From contig JAPMXV010000002.1 in assembly GCA_026936335.1 (NCBI GenBank), positions 62,001 through 126,000 on the forward strand: a DNA stretch of 64,000 bases, read 5' to 3'. Numbering within the stretch: the first letter of the stretch is position 1; every line of letters begins with the position of its first letter. The notes beneath the pieces are model-generated. The model was not told where the DNA came from and ran no database searches. It was given only the letters and a program-made list of their open reading frames with translations. The position numbers were made by a program, and so were the translations under genes. Origin of the DNA: Mantamonas sphyraenae STR306. Its lineage: Eukaryota > Protista > CRuMs. This document shows positions 37,961 through 50,299 of this stretch, piece by piece.

Positions 37961-39296
37961 TCACGGTTCAAAATCGTCGTCCAGGAAGTCATCGTCCAGA
38001 CTCTCCTCGTCGCGAATGGAGTGTTGATAGGTGTCGTTGTTGCCATTGCTACCACTGCCCCTGTGGCTGTGACCGTTGTTGGATGCTGTGTGGGCGCTGT
38101 GGCGCGTGCTTTTGGTCGACGTGCTTCCCCGTCCCGGGCCACCACCACCCTGGGCCGGCGAGGAGGGCACATTGGGTGTGCTTACCCCCGAGCTGGTTGC
38201 ACTGTGGGATAGGGAGCCACGTGATTGGCCTGATGCCTTGTTGATGACATCTTCCAGGCGATACAGGTCGCGCTGCAGGAGCTCGGTGGGGACGTCCCCG
38301 GGACCAGCCACCGTTGTTGCCCCGTGTTCTCCGTTCCCGTTGGTGACTGTGCCTTGATCCAACCCAAACATGTCACTCGTCGTGGGTGTGTTGAATGCCA
38401 GTGTGTCGTAGCCCAGGTCCTCCAGTCCAGCCAGCGTGTCACTGCTGCGTCGCCTGGCCGCCTCTGCGGCGGACAAACGACGACGACGACGTCCTTCCGG
38501 CAGACATGGAACGTGAGGAAGAGGAAGAAGAAGAGGAGGAGGAGGAGGAGGAGGCCTGTCGAGGGTCCTCATTGTCCCATGCCAGTTGTGGGGCACCGGG
38601 TTCACCCAGATCATAAGGGAGGTCGCCCACCCAAGGTAGTCCCATGGACCACTGCCCACGCGTTGGCGTTTGGCACCGGGGGCATCCAAAGCAGGCATGC
38701 CAGCACCACCACCCTTGGCTTCCACCATGCGTCGTAGGATTTCATACATCGTCTGAAGGGTGCTGGACGTGGTGGCTCGTTGTTGCCGCGCCTCAGCCAG
38801 TTCCACCACCACCGCCTGCATCTCCATCCGCTGCTCCTCCTGCTCTGCTCGCATGCGTACTATCTGTTGCACAAGCATGTCCTTGTCCCGTTTCATCAGC
38901 TCCATCTCGCTGTGGATTCCCGAAAGGGCAGAGTTTGTCAGCAGCGAGTCGTCGCCGCCGCCTTTCGCCACTGACACTCCCTCGCCCTCGCTTCTTCGAC
39001 GACTTGATCAGCCGCAATGCGCTATAGTCACCACGCACAAAGTGCGGGTGTGCAAACGTCATGCTGTCCGAGTGTGCCTTGTGGAACCCGTATGTGTTGA
39101 GCTGCCGAATGAAACTCGGCAGACGGTTGTGCTTGAAGTATTTCGGCAGGATCTGCGAGAACGCCACCTCGTCGTGGATAGTGAACGACTTGCCATCGGC
39201 GTCCCAGCTCACAACCTCCTGGTGTTCCTCCTTCGACACAATCTCATACGACTTGCGCAGAAAGGGCGGGATGTCTCGTGAAGGGCCGTTGCTCAT
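37961..39296 (-). CDS. HSF: Heat-shock transcription factor (HSF DNA-binding domain plus HR-A/B coiled coil); apparent frameshifts
   Basis: PPFLRKSYEIV, VVSWDADGKSF, ILPKYFKHNRLPSFIRQLNTYGFHK and FAHPHFVRG; heptad region EMELMKRDKDMLVQQIVRMRAEQ lies in the next frame. Confidence 0.92.
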
Positions 39297-39304
39297 TGGA
39301 CCGT

Positions 39305-39319
39305 GGAACGTTCTCGAAG
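39305..39319. promoter_or_regulatory. Perfect three-unit heat-shock element (nGAAnnTTCnnGAAn)
   Basis: gGAAcgTTCtcGAAg, about 10 nt upstream of the HSF ATG. Confidence 0.6.
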
Positions 39320-39510
39320 TCCTCGAGTTCTCCAAAAAAATCGTTTTGGGCAGCCCGGGCGCGCGGTTTCCTGATCTCCTTCAAGCACGCGTTCCACAGG
39401 CAATTGGAGCACCACACATGCATACCAATGGTGTCTCTGTCTCCATCTTGCAACGTCCCCTTGGCTCTGGGAGTCACAAAAGGTCCGCGCATCTCCCGAC
39501 GCGACGCGAC

Positions 39511-39535
39511 CTTCTCCAACTTTCTCGAAAGTTCC
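39511..39535. promoter_or_regulatory. Five-unit heat-shock element with one mismatch
   Basis: cTTCtcCAActTTCtcGAAagTTCc, in the HSF/Aquarius divergent promoter. Confidence 0.65.
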
Positions 39536-39691
39536 ACTGCTGACGCATTGGGACGACTCGCCCTCTCTTCCCTACGACCCTGATCTACGTGTGTGTGTGT
39601 GTGTGTGTGTGGCACTCGCTGTCCCTGTGTGCTCAGTCGGGTCTGAACTCGCAGGTGGGGCCAACTGGTTGTTGTCGTTGGGGTCAGAGTG

Positions 39692-42600
39692 ATGGAGATC
39701 GAGTCAGCTTCGTCGTCATCCACACCACCTGTGACCAGCAAGACATCCTCACAAAGGGGCATGGGACATGGCCAGCCCACAGTGAGGGACTTTGAGACAG
39801 ATCCCCTGGCCAAGCTGGCAGCGGTGCACTGGAGTGGACCCGGGACGTCGTCAGCCGCTGACACAGACGACACCACGGCCAAAGGCAAAGGCAAAGGCAA
39901 GGGGAAAGGCAAGGGCAAGGGCAAGGGCAAGGGCAAGGGCAAGGGCAAGGGCAAGGGCAAGGGCAAGGGCAAGGAAGGTGACACACAGAAGGAGGATATG
40001 GAGCTGGACGAGTCGGCCAGCCCCGAGGCAGTGATTGCACACGTGTACAGCCAGGTGCAGGCCAGTGACTTTGCACCAGCAAAGATCACCCTGGTTGAAG
40101 CCACCCAATACCTTGAACGGTAAGTGGAGGGTGGGCAATGGGGACAATTTCCATTCGGTGTGAAGAGAGGGGTGTGTGAAAGAGAGCCACAAAGAGGGGC
40201 GCCGAGCTCATCTTCCGCTGCTGACACCCTTCTCCTTGCAGCTTCCTCTGGCCTCATTTCGACGCACAAGACAGCAGTGTGGAGCATGTGTTGTCCATTG
40301 TACTCATGGTCAACGAAAAGGCACGCCAACGAGTGCCCTTGTGGGGTGAGTTTGGCCCTGCGGCTCCCTCCTTTCCCCTTGCAGGAAGGGTTTTGGCGCG
40401 CATGCACCGCCAGTCCCGCATCCCATCGTACAGGGCAGAACACACATCATTGACACATCCCATGCATGCACACATGTCCCATGTGGCCCACACAGACTGT
40501 TTCCAGGAGAATAGTGCGAGTGGGGCCGACGTGGAGGCGCTGTTTGCGCGTGTGCTCGCCCTGGGACCAAACCGAGACACACTGGAGCTCGCTCTGGATG
40601 AGACACAGATGTGCAGTGTTGTGCTTTTCCTTACACACTGCTTTGCGTCGCTGTCTGACCCAGTCATGCGCACGTGTGCATTGAAGCTGGTGAACCTGCC
40701 CGTGTGGAACAACCTGCACCCGGCACGCCTGGCAGCTCTGATGGACGAACAGCCGCGACTGCAACGCATGTGGAAGATCCAACGGCGCAAAGTGGCCAAG
40801 ATGGAGAGTGAGGAACGTGAACGCATGCTGGCAGAGACACAGTACCTGCCTACACTGTTGCGTTACTTTCTCACCACGCTCCAGCTGATTGACCACACCC
40901 TGGGTCAGACAGAGACGGAGGATACCATGGAGGAGGATGGAGGACAGGTGGGGGTGGGGGTGGATGATGATGATGATGATGATGCACATCAACCAACCCA
41001 TGTGCAGGGTTTGTCTCTTGTGCATCACATGCTGGGGTTGTTGATTGACCTGCAAGCACAGTTGCCCACACGACGCTTCATGCACGCCCTTGTGGACAAC
41101 ATGAACGTGGTGGTGCACTGCAAACGCTCCGCCCTGTATCGATCCACACGCCATGGTCGTCTCTTTGGCCAGCTGCTGGACATGCTGGAGTACTACATGC
41201 GCTTCCCCATCGACAATGTCACCGGCGCATCCATGGACCGCGACGAACAGAACCGCGAGTTTGCGGAGCGGATTGTGCACTTGCAACGTCTGGCTTTCCA
41301 GCGCTACCCAGACACCCTGCGCACATTTGCCCTGACCAACATTGGGGCCATCCAACGTCCCCATGCCCTGCGTGCTCACTTTTCCATGCTCACGCACAGC
41401 CAATTGGCCCAAGTGGTCGATGAGTTGGGATTGTTGGACAAGGAACGCCAGGCAGAGGAGTGTGACGACGATCTGCTCCTGGACATCCTTGAACAGGCAC
41501 ACGCAGCACCCCAGACACCCTTGGATGCAGTCAACGCCTTTCCCGTGTTCCCCACAGAGTCGCTCATGTGGGACGAAAACGTGGTGAACAGCAGTGGCGA
41601 CCAACAGGGCCAGCAGCAGCAGAAGCAAGCTCCTGTGCTGCCCCTCCCCAAGATCAACCTGCAATTCCTCACTGTCACCGACTACCTGCTGCGCAACTTT
41701 ACCCTCTACCGCCTGGAGAGTGCCTACCAGATCCGAGCAGACATCGAGGATGTGGTGCAGCGTGTGAAGCCCGTGCGCGTGCCAGGCGGAGATCCCACGT
41801 TTCTGGGCTGGGCAAAGATGGCGCAGCCTGTGAGCAGTGTGGAGGTGACCCGTGTGGGTGAGACCCGCTTTGGCGAAGACAAGCCTGCGTATGTGCATGC
41901 CAAGGTGGAGTACTCTCTGAAACACATGCACGCCAGCGTGCGACACACGTGGGACCAATCCTTGCGCACACACGACGTCCTCTTCCTGCTGGATCTGCAG
42001 CCCACACTCATGGAAAACGACGAGCCGGACCTGAGCCTGCCCTTTGACACTCGCTACGGTCTGAAACGAGTGCGCGGTTGCGAACTGCTGCGTGTGGAGG
42101 ACGAACGCGGCCACAGCGTGGAGGATTGGGACACGGACGGGGCACGTGTGCTGCGTGGAGACACACGCATTCTGACGGTGGCGTTGGATCCTGCACAGTA
42201 CCTGCTGGACAACAAGCGAGTGTATGCAACCATGAATCTGCTCATGCGCAGGGAGGCCAAGAGCAACAATTTCAAGAGTGTGCTGGAGTCCACACGAGCA
42301 CTCATGAACAGCCACACAGACATTCCCGACTGGCTGGCAAACATCTTTCTGGGCTACGGTGACCCTGGGGCTGCCACCTATCCCAAGGTGGAGGGCACCC
42401 TCGACACCATCGACTTTCAGGACACCTTTCTGTCGCTCGCTCACCTGCGCGAGTGTTTTGCAGACAAGCGCATCGAGATGGACACCGTAGGCAGCAGCAG
42501 CAGCAGCAGCAGCAGCAGTGGTGCTGGTGCTGGTGGTTCCATGGAGGTGGAGGGTGATGCTGATGAGGATGAGGAACAGGTGACGGGCCCATTCCGGGTG

Positions 42601-44513
42601 TCGTTTGTGCGCAGCGAGGCTGTGGATAGCAAGGTGGGTGAACACGACGTGGTGCGTGTGCAACGGTACACACGAGAGGAACGCACGCCGTACGCGGCAC
42701 GGCGTGCACGCCGCAACCAGGTGCGTTTCACGGCGGCACAGGTGCGTGCGGTGGTGCGTGCGGTGAATCCGGGCTTGTCGTTGATTGTGGGACCTCCAGG
42801 CACAGGCAAGACGGACGTGGCGGTGCAAATCATCAATCTGTTGTACCACAACTTCCCCAACCAGCGCACGCTGTTGATCACACACAGCAACCAGGCTCTG
42901 AACCAGCTGTTTGAAAAGATCATGGCACTGGACATCGACGAACGCCACCTGCTGCGTGTGGGCCACGGCGAAGAGTTGCTGGAGACGCCCAAAGACTACA
43001 GCAAGCTGGGACGGGTGGATGACGTGTTGCAGCGGCGTCTGGATGCCCTGGACGAAGTGGGACGATTGGCACAGAGCATGGGGGTGGAGGCGACGGTGAA
43101 CAGCAGCTGCGAGACGGCAGGACAGTTCTACCAATTCCAGGTGAGCAAGCTCATCGCACGATTCCGCAGCAGTGTCACCACAGGCGAGGCTGTGCAAGAG
43201 GGGATGGGTGTGCAGGATCTCGTGGATGCCTACCCATTCACCTCCTTCTTTGCAGACACCAACGAGGGCAAGGGACTGTTTGCAGGGGTGGTGGAAGAGA
43301 ATGGCAAGGATGGGGCAGATGGGGTCCAGGAGGCATGGCGACGTGCAGAGGTGGGCAACCGACACATCGAGGATGTGTTTGCACAATTGCGAGACTCGCA
43401 CATGTTTGAGCTGCTGCGTACGACACGGGACCGTGTCAAGTACCTGCTGAGCAAACAGGCCAAGATCATTGCCATGACCACCACCCATGCGGCATTGAAG
43501 CGCAAGGACTTTTGGGAGATGGGCTTCCAGTACGACAACGTGGTGATGGAGGAGGCGGCGCAGCTGATGGAGATTGACGCGTTCATTCCGCTGGTGTTGC
43601 AGAAGCAGAGGGATGGGGTGCGACTCAAGCGTGTGGTCATGATCGGTGACCACAACCAGTTGCCTCCTGTGGTGCAAAACCACACGTACAGCAGCTACAG
43701 CGCACTGGACCAGAGCATGTTTACGCGCTTTGTCCGTTTGGGTGTGCCCCACGTCCAACTCGACGCACAGGGACGTGCACGTGCCCCGTTGGCTGACCTG
43801 TACCGCTGGAGGTACACCTCCCTGGGTGATTTGCCTCGTGTGCAACAGACGCCTGCGTTTGCCGCTGCCAATGCTGGGTTTGGGCAGGTGGTGCACATGG
43901 TGGATGTGGCTGATCTGCAGGGCACGGGTGAGTCCCAACCGGTGCGTGGCTTTGTGCAAAACGTGGGCGAGGCCGAGTTTGTGGTGGCCACCTTCCAGTA
44001 CATGCGTCTGTTGGGCTACCCTGCACGCAGCATCAGCATCATCACAACCTACAATGGCCAACGTCAGCTCATCAACGATGTCCTGCGCAGGCGTTGTGTC
44101 AACAACCCGCTGTTTGGACGCCCTGCTCATGTCAGCACCGTCGACAAGTTCCAAGGCCAGCAGAACGACTATGTGCTCCTGTCCATGGTCCGCACACGAC
44201 GCATTGGTCACGTGCGCGATGTGCGCCGTCTCGTTGTTGCCATGAGCCGTGCTCGCTTGGGACTGATTGTCTTTTGCAGGCGCCAGCTGTTTGAGCAGTG
44301 CTGGGAACTCAAGGGCACCTTTGATCAGCTGGCACGCATGCGCAACTCGGGCAAGCTCGAGCTACTGCCCCACGAACGGTTTGGCGAGTGCAAGCGCACC
44401 GCAGAAGACGCACAGAGTGGCAAGGGCCCCGACGACATGGTGGTTGTTGGCTCGCTGCAAGCGATGGGCCGCGAGGTGGAAAAGCTGGCGCGCCAGGTGG
44501 TGAACGAGCGACA

Positions 44514-44547
<34 letters not shown>

Positions 44548-44790
44548 GAAAAGGTGGAAACGGCAAAGAAGATGGAACAGATGATGGAGGACGAGCCATA
44601 TGCAAGCACCGAGAGCGTGCAGCGCGTGCGTGAAACCGAATCGGGCTTCAAGCGCGACGCGGAGCAGCAAGCTGACGCAGAAGAGCCCGAGGTGGCTGAT
44701 GACGGCTTTGTCGAGGAAAACACAGACGACGGTGAAAATGATACGAGCAGGTCGCGCACACGCAAGCGCGCACGTCGAGGTGGAAAGTAA
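39692..44790 (+). CDS. AQR: Aquarius (IBP160) spliceosomal SF1 RNA helicase; introns ~40120-40241 and ~40346-40495
   Basis: TQYLER|FLWPHF, SIVLMVNEK, QLPTRRF, LPKINLQFLT, NNFKSVLE, Walker A GPPGTGKT, THSNQALNQLFEKI, MEEAAQ, IGDHNQLPP, TVDKFQGQQND and VAMSRARLGL. Confidence 0.96.
39881..39973 (+). repeat. Hexanucleotide (AAGGGC)n repeat encoding (KG)~15 in the AQR N-terminus
   Basis: Directly visible tandem repeat. Confidence 0.9.
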
Positions 44791-44893
44791 GATGACAAAT
44801 GTATGTGCAAATTTTGATTCATGGATGAATGTGTGGTTTTGTTTGGAATTCCTGATTTGAGAATGAATCAAAAAAGAAGTGTGCTTCGTGGCT

Positions 44894-47171
44894 TTACTGG
44901 ACAAAGGAACTCAGGACCATCTCTTTTCCATCTTCCATGGTCTGGTCGACCATGTGAGCGGCGTGTTCGTCGAGCACAGTGAGGGAGAGCTGCTCGAGGT
45001 CGAGATAGTCGAGGGCCTGCGGCAGGTTCTCGGCGAGCTCCTTGTGGACCTCTTGCAGCGACTCCTCGGCGGCCTCGTGCACCTCGTGGGTGACCAGGTG
45101 GCGCACAACGGTCTTGAGGTGCTTCCAGAAGTAGGTGCCCATGGTGCCAGCCAGGTACTCCCAGGTGAGGGTGCTGACACGCACAAAGCCAGCGCGCACC
45201 GCCTCCTTGCTGTTGACCTGCACGCTGTCGCCACACAAATGGACACGGAACACCTCGAGAGCGTTGAGTTGGGTGATGGCCCACTTGTTGATGGCATCGT
45301 TGCACTCTTTGCGCACGGGGGCAGGCATGGCGCCGGTGGCACGGGCCATGATGGCCAGGCTGTTCTTCTTTTCGCCGGCCACCATCTTGCCCACGGCCTT
45401 GTTGGAGGTGCGCAAGTCGGAGGAAACCAGCGGACGGTGGTCCTTGTTGTCCTTGACACCGTTCTCCAGGTTGGTCTTTGCTTGGAAGGCATGCATGGCA
45501 AAGGTGGCGAGGACGTCGAGGTGTTCGTTGAGGATGGAGACGTAGGCCTGCAGGATGGCATCCAAAGCATCCAAACTCTTGAGATCGTGTTCACTGTGCA
45601 GCTTTGTGTTTGCCTTGTGCAGGGGTTCAGCCACAGAAGCCACGCTCTTGCTGAGGCCACGGATGCGTGTGCGAATGGTGTCATAGTCCTTGCGCACCAG
45701 ATCCTTCTGCACAAACTCGTCAAACAGTTCCTGCTTGAGGGCAGCCAGTTCTTCAGCCACAGCCGCATGCAATCCCTGCAGGGCATCCACCAGAGGCACA
45801 GACACACTGTGCAACTTGCTGGACACTCCTTCACGCACATCCTGTGTGCTCTGTGCCACCTTTGTGTTCAATGTAATCACCACACCGTTGAGTCCACCAC
45901 CACCACCACCACGGGACGATGATGATGATGATGATGATGATGATCCAGCCTTGCCTTTGCCCTTGTCTTCCTCGTCGCTCTCCTCCGCCAGCTCTTCGTC
46001 ATCCTCCTCACCCTCACCCTCTCCTCCCTTGGCCTTCTTCGCCTTGTTCAGCTCCTCCTGCAGCTTGGTGTGCATCTTGGCGGCCGCACGCGCAGTTGCA
46101 GCTGTCCGGTGGCGGGAAAACGGCGGGAAAACGTGTCAGGCGGAGAGATCCACGCATTCGAACAAAAAGGGGAAGCAAAAGGCGTAAAAAAGGCACACAC
46201 ACGACACACACACACAACTTACGCCATGCCATCTGGACAGAGGTGGCACACTCGACAGCGAGGGCCTGCTTGAAGATGTCCTCGCACTTTGTGTGGAGGC
46301 CGAGGGCGTCGGGCACTTCGTTGCGAACAATGCGCTGGAGCTTGGGCAGGGTTTCTCGGCTGACGTAGTTGAAGAGAAGGTCGGTGAGCGCTTCCTCTTC
46401 GCTCTCGGGATGCTCGTCGTGGGGCAGATTGTGTTTGAGGCACATTTTCTTGGAGGCTGCGTTGAACACCTTGCGCATGAGCTGGTCTTCGGCGCTGAGC
46501 TTGGGCTTGCGCAGACCCAAGAATTCGCGAAAGACGGAACTGCCGCGAGCCTTGGCCTGGTCACTGAGGGCACTCATGTAGCGCTTGAACGAGGTCTTAC
46601 GAGCAGCCACCACGTCCTCTGCCAGCGAACCAAACAGTTTCTTTGGGGGAAAGTCCTCCTCCACAGACACCTCCTCTTCAATGTCCTCGTGGAAGACGTA
46701 GGCCGAGGAGTAGCGACGCCATACGTGGCTGATGGACGACCCTCCAGGGCGCATGTCCACAGCCTCAAACTCGTAGATGGTACGCCAATCGCCTGCTCGG
46801 AAGATACGCGATGTGGACAACACATCCACGCTCACGGTGGCGTCGGCGTCGCTGGTGGCCACGAGGGCATCCGTAGCGGGGCCTGCCACTTCCTCCTTTG
46901 CCTTTCCATTAGCCTTGGCACTGCTGCTGCTGCTGCTGCTGTTGCTGCTGCTGTTGTTGCCTCCTGCTGCTCCCTTGCCCTTGCCCTTGTACTGCTTGGC
47001 CACCTGCTTTCGCACGAGATCCTGCAGGGGTTTGCTGGCAACTGCCTTCTGCAGCTCCTTCATGTACGTCTCACCAAACTCGGCATACACGCTTTCAATC
47101 ATCTTTGCAGACACTTCCATCTGCTCAGAGATCTGATCGCCACCGGGCACGAGAGCCAGCACAACCGACAT
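44894..47171 (-). CDS. PX-domain protein with a Niban/FAM129-like helical scaffold; intron ~46222-46102
   Basis: PX motifs HVWRRYSS..FH, FPPKKLFG, VVAARKTSFKRYM and FREFLG. The flanking helices (IESVYAEFGETYMKEL; FNAASKKM..SEEEALTDLLFNYVSRETLPKL) resemble Niban-type proteins. Confidence 0.65.
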
Positions 47172-47269
47172 TGTGGGTGTGTTTGGGGAAGGAAGGTGGG
47201 TGAACTGGCGCATGCAAGAACACATGCACACAAGTCATCGGTGACATCCCCCCCCCATCCATTGATGGA

Positions 47270-48478
47270 CTACGATGAATTCATTTCCATGAGGTCAAGC
47301 ACATCCTGGAGGAACATGATGACGGAGTGTTGGAGGTCTCTGCGCAGGTCGATGTCTGGACAGAGGGTGTGGATGGTGCGAATGGTGGCCACCTTGGACA
47401 CCTGTGTGCGCATGATTTCCAAATGGGTCAAATGGGGCAGGTTGCTGCACACGGCCACGACACTCACGTCGTCGATGCCATCGATCCCATTGAGACCCAA
47501 CACACGCAACTCCGGCCAGGGCAGGTCGGCAAACACAGATGGAGACACCGCTCCACCTTCCACCTCCAACACACGCATCTGGTGACCCAACACCTCGTTG
47601 AGCACGCGGAGGGCATCGGTGCCAAACGTTGCAAACGCCCCGTTGACACGCAGCTCACGCAGGCCACTCAACGATGTGAACAGATGCCTCATGTTGAATG
47701 CCCCAATGGACACATCCAACATCCTCAACGAGGTCAGTGAGCTGTTTGCCACACTGTCCAGTCCCCACAGCATGGGTGAGTTTGGCATCGCGCGTGGGAA
47801 CCGGCAGCCACTGATGTCCAACGACTGCAACGACGTGGTGCTTCCCAACAACGCCGACAACGCCGCCTGGGCATCCACTATCACTGCTCCCTTGGCATTC
47901 GACAGGTCCAACACCTCCAACTCCTTGCATGCCGCAAGGTTGTTCAGCAGCTTGGCCGTCACAGGCAAGTACGCCATGCGCAGCTCTCGCAGATGGTCAC
48001 CTGCAATCTCAGGCAGGGTGTTACCTTTGAGGGAACGACATCCCGAAATGTCCAACACTCGCAGCTGCTTCATGTTTGCTGCAATGACCCCCAGGTGTGC
48101 GTCCGTGATCGGTGTCCCACTCACATCCAGGTGCACCACATTCGGACAGTTCTCCAACAACTCGATGATCCTTGGTCCCGTCAGCTTCCTGCACCGTCGC
48201 ATCCGAATGTCCTGAAGCTGGTTGCACCCGTCTTCAAAGCTGTTGATCATCTGCTGGTACACATCCAGCACCTCGTCCGTGTCCTTGTCTTTGATGATCA
48301 GCTGCTGGTTGGGCAGCCACAGTTCTGGGTTATAAACAGCATCGTACAGTGTCCAGCACACCATGGCACACCGCACACGCTCTTTCAGAGGCAGGAAACG
48401 CAGAATTTCCACCAACACCTCCTCCGGCACCTCCACCAGCGGAGAAGGCCTCTCCGGGTCAAACACATACGGTTCCAC
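47270..48478 (-). CDS. F-box/LRR protein, copy C (N-terminus probably extends to ~48690 through frameshifts)
   Basis: F-box and first LRRs are near-identical to copies A and B; C-terminal LRRs are diverged. Confidence 0.9.
   Translation of the reverse strand: MEPYVFDPERPSPLVEVPEEVLVEILRFLPLKERVRCAMVCWTLYDAVYNPELWLPNQQLIIKDKDTDEVLDVYQQMINSFEDGCNQLQDIRMRRCRKLTGPRIIELLENCPNVVHLDVSGTPITDAHLGVIAANMKQLRVLDISGCRSLKGNTLPEIAGDHLRELRMAYLPVTAKLLNNLAACKELEVLDLSNAKGAVIVDAQAALSALLGSTTSLQSLDISGCRFPRAMPNSPMLWGLDSVANSSLTSLRMLDVSIGAFNMRHLFTSLSGLRELRVNGAFATFGTDALRVLNEVLGHQMRVLEVEGGAVSPSVFADLPWPELRVLGLNGIDGIDDVSVVAVCSNLPHLTHLEIMRTQVSKVATIRTIHTLCPDIDLRRDLQHSVIMFLQDVLDLMEMNSS
48039..48476. repeat. Third copy of the F-box/LRR constant segment
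   Basis: Near-identical to 27591-28028 and 26112-26549. Confidence 0.95.
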
Positions 48479-48757
48479 CTCCTTGCTTTCTCCTTCCTCT
48501 TGATTTGGTCTCTTCTTGTGCGGGTGTTGATTGGGTGTCCTCCACTAGGGAGGTGAAGAACGTGGTTGCTCTGCCATTGCTCACCACGGGTTCGTCATTT
48601 GTCAGGCATCTCCTTGCTCAAGTGCACCTCCTCTTCCCGAGCTTTCTGCTCCCCATTCGATCTGTTTGTGTTGATGCGTCGTCTGCGAGACATGTGGAGT
48701 TTTGTGGTGTGTTTGTCGGCGTTGCATTTCTTCATCCCATCCCATTGCACCCGTCCT

Positions 48758-50244
48758 TCACCACTGTCGTGGCCATGCCTTCATATCATCACGTTGGAAA
48801 AAGGCACTGCGGGCCAGCTGATAGTGGGTGGGACACAACTCAGCCTTGGCAGCCTTGTCCACCTGAGCACCACCATCTCCTCCCTCGTCATTGTCCTTGT
48901 CACCCTTTACCCTGTGCCACAGTTGCCACATGTGACACGGAGCAAGGACACTGACAAGCTTGGGGTCCAATGGCACCTGTTCACGGCGTGCCTTTCTGCT
49001 GACCACAGCCCCGATTCGAAGTCCGGTGACGCCTGTGAGGGCATCGTGGTAATAGACATGACCCTGCATGCTGACGATGTGTTTGGCCATGTCTGTGCCA
49101 TCGTACGTCTGTGCAACATCCCCGGCAGCCAGTACACAAACGCAGCATGGCCACAGGCACTGGCTGGCTTGTCCTTGTCCCCACCCGCACGTATCCTGTC
49201 TGCCTCCATGTCCTCCCTACTGTGTGCAAAGGACACCCTCGTGGACAACAGGCGCAACGGCAACGAGACCACGCCGCTGCGCTCGACAATGGCTCGTGTC
49301 AACGCACCGCGGTGATAGTGGTCGCCCACCACCAAGGAGTCCAGGCGCAAGGGTGTGGGTAGCCATGTAGACAACAGTCCTCCCTGCATGCCCAACCCCA
49401 TCCATCGTGCCATCTTGTCGCTGCAACTCAGACTGCGTGTGCGCTGACCCCGTCCGGGTTTGGTGCGTAGCAATCCCGGTGTGTGGTACCCCAATCCATC
49501 TTCCATACTGTCTGTCCTGCCCTGTCCCTCCACCACCTTGGCTCCTGTCCTGTGCATGTCGAATCGTCCTGTGGTTGATGACGATGATGATGATGATGTC
49601 TCCTCGGTCGATGCCGCATGACTCAGGCGTTGTCGTTTGGTCTCCTGCTGTCCCTCTTCATCGTTGTCTGTGTCATTGTCCTCCAGCTTGCGCTTGTGGT
49701 TCATAGCAAGGTTGGCAGCCTTGCGCCGTGGCGTGATGTGCTTGCCACTGCCACCCTGCTCAGTCTCATTCTGAACCTCGTGCTCGTGCTCGTTCAGTTC
49801 CACCGCAAAGATCCCCGCGTCGCCACAGGGCGTCTGGCTCACGTACATGTGCAGGGACAGGTGCGCATGCAATCCATAGGTGGACGAAGCAGTGTCTGAA
49901 GCACACAGCACGGGTGAGGAGAGACCCTGTTGGAGGCGTTCGAGCTGGTGGTACAGGAGACGCAGCACAGCTCGACGACACAACACTTCTGCGTGGCAAT
50001 CGTGCACCCGTTGGCCCCACACGTCTGCCTCCTCCACCTGTTGTGTGAGACACTTGTTTCCTGTGGCCAGGGCCATCAGTTGTAAGGTGTCATCGCGTGC
50101 ATCGTGTGCCACGATCCCAGCAAGAACGGTCCACTGAGTTGCCTGCGCTCGACCCTTGCGCACCAACCGGTCATAGGCATCCACCACCACTCCTGCCACT
50201 GCGTCACCACTTGGCTCCCCATCGTCCGTGCGACTCGTCGACAT
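48758..50244 (-). CDS. ADAT1: tRNA-specific adenosine deaminase 1 (ADAT1/Tad1); frameshift near 49090
   Basis: WTVLAGIV, LATGNKCL, HDCHAEVLCRR, YVSQTPCGDA, LRTKPGRG and SLSCSDKMARW..LGMQGGLLS; no dsRNA-binding domain seen. Confidence 0.92.
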
Positions 50245-50299
50245 TGCTCTCCCTTTCTTCTGCGCGCGCTGGGTGCGTTTGCGCTGGCAACACAAGCAC

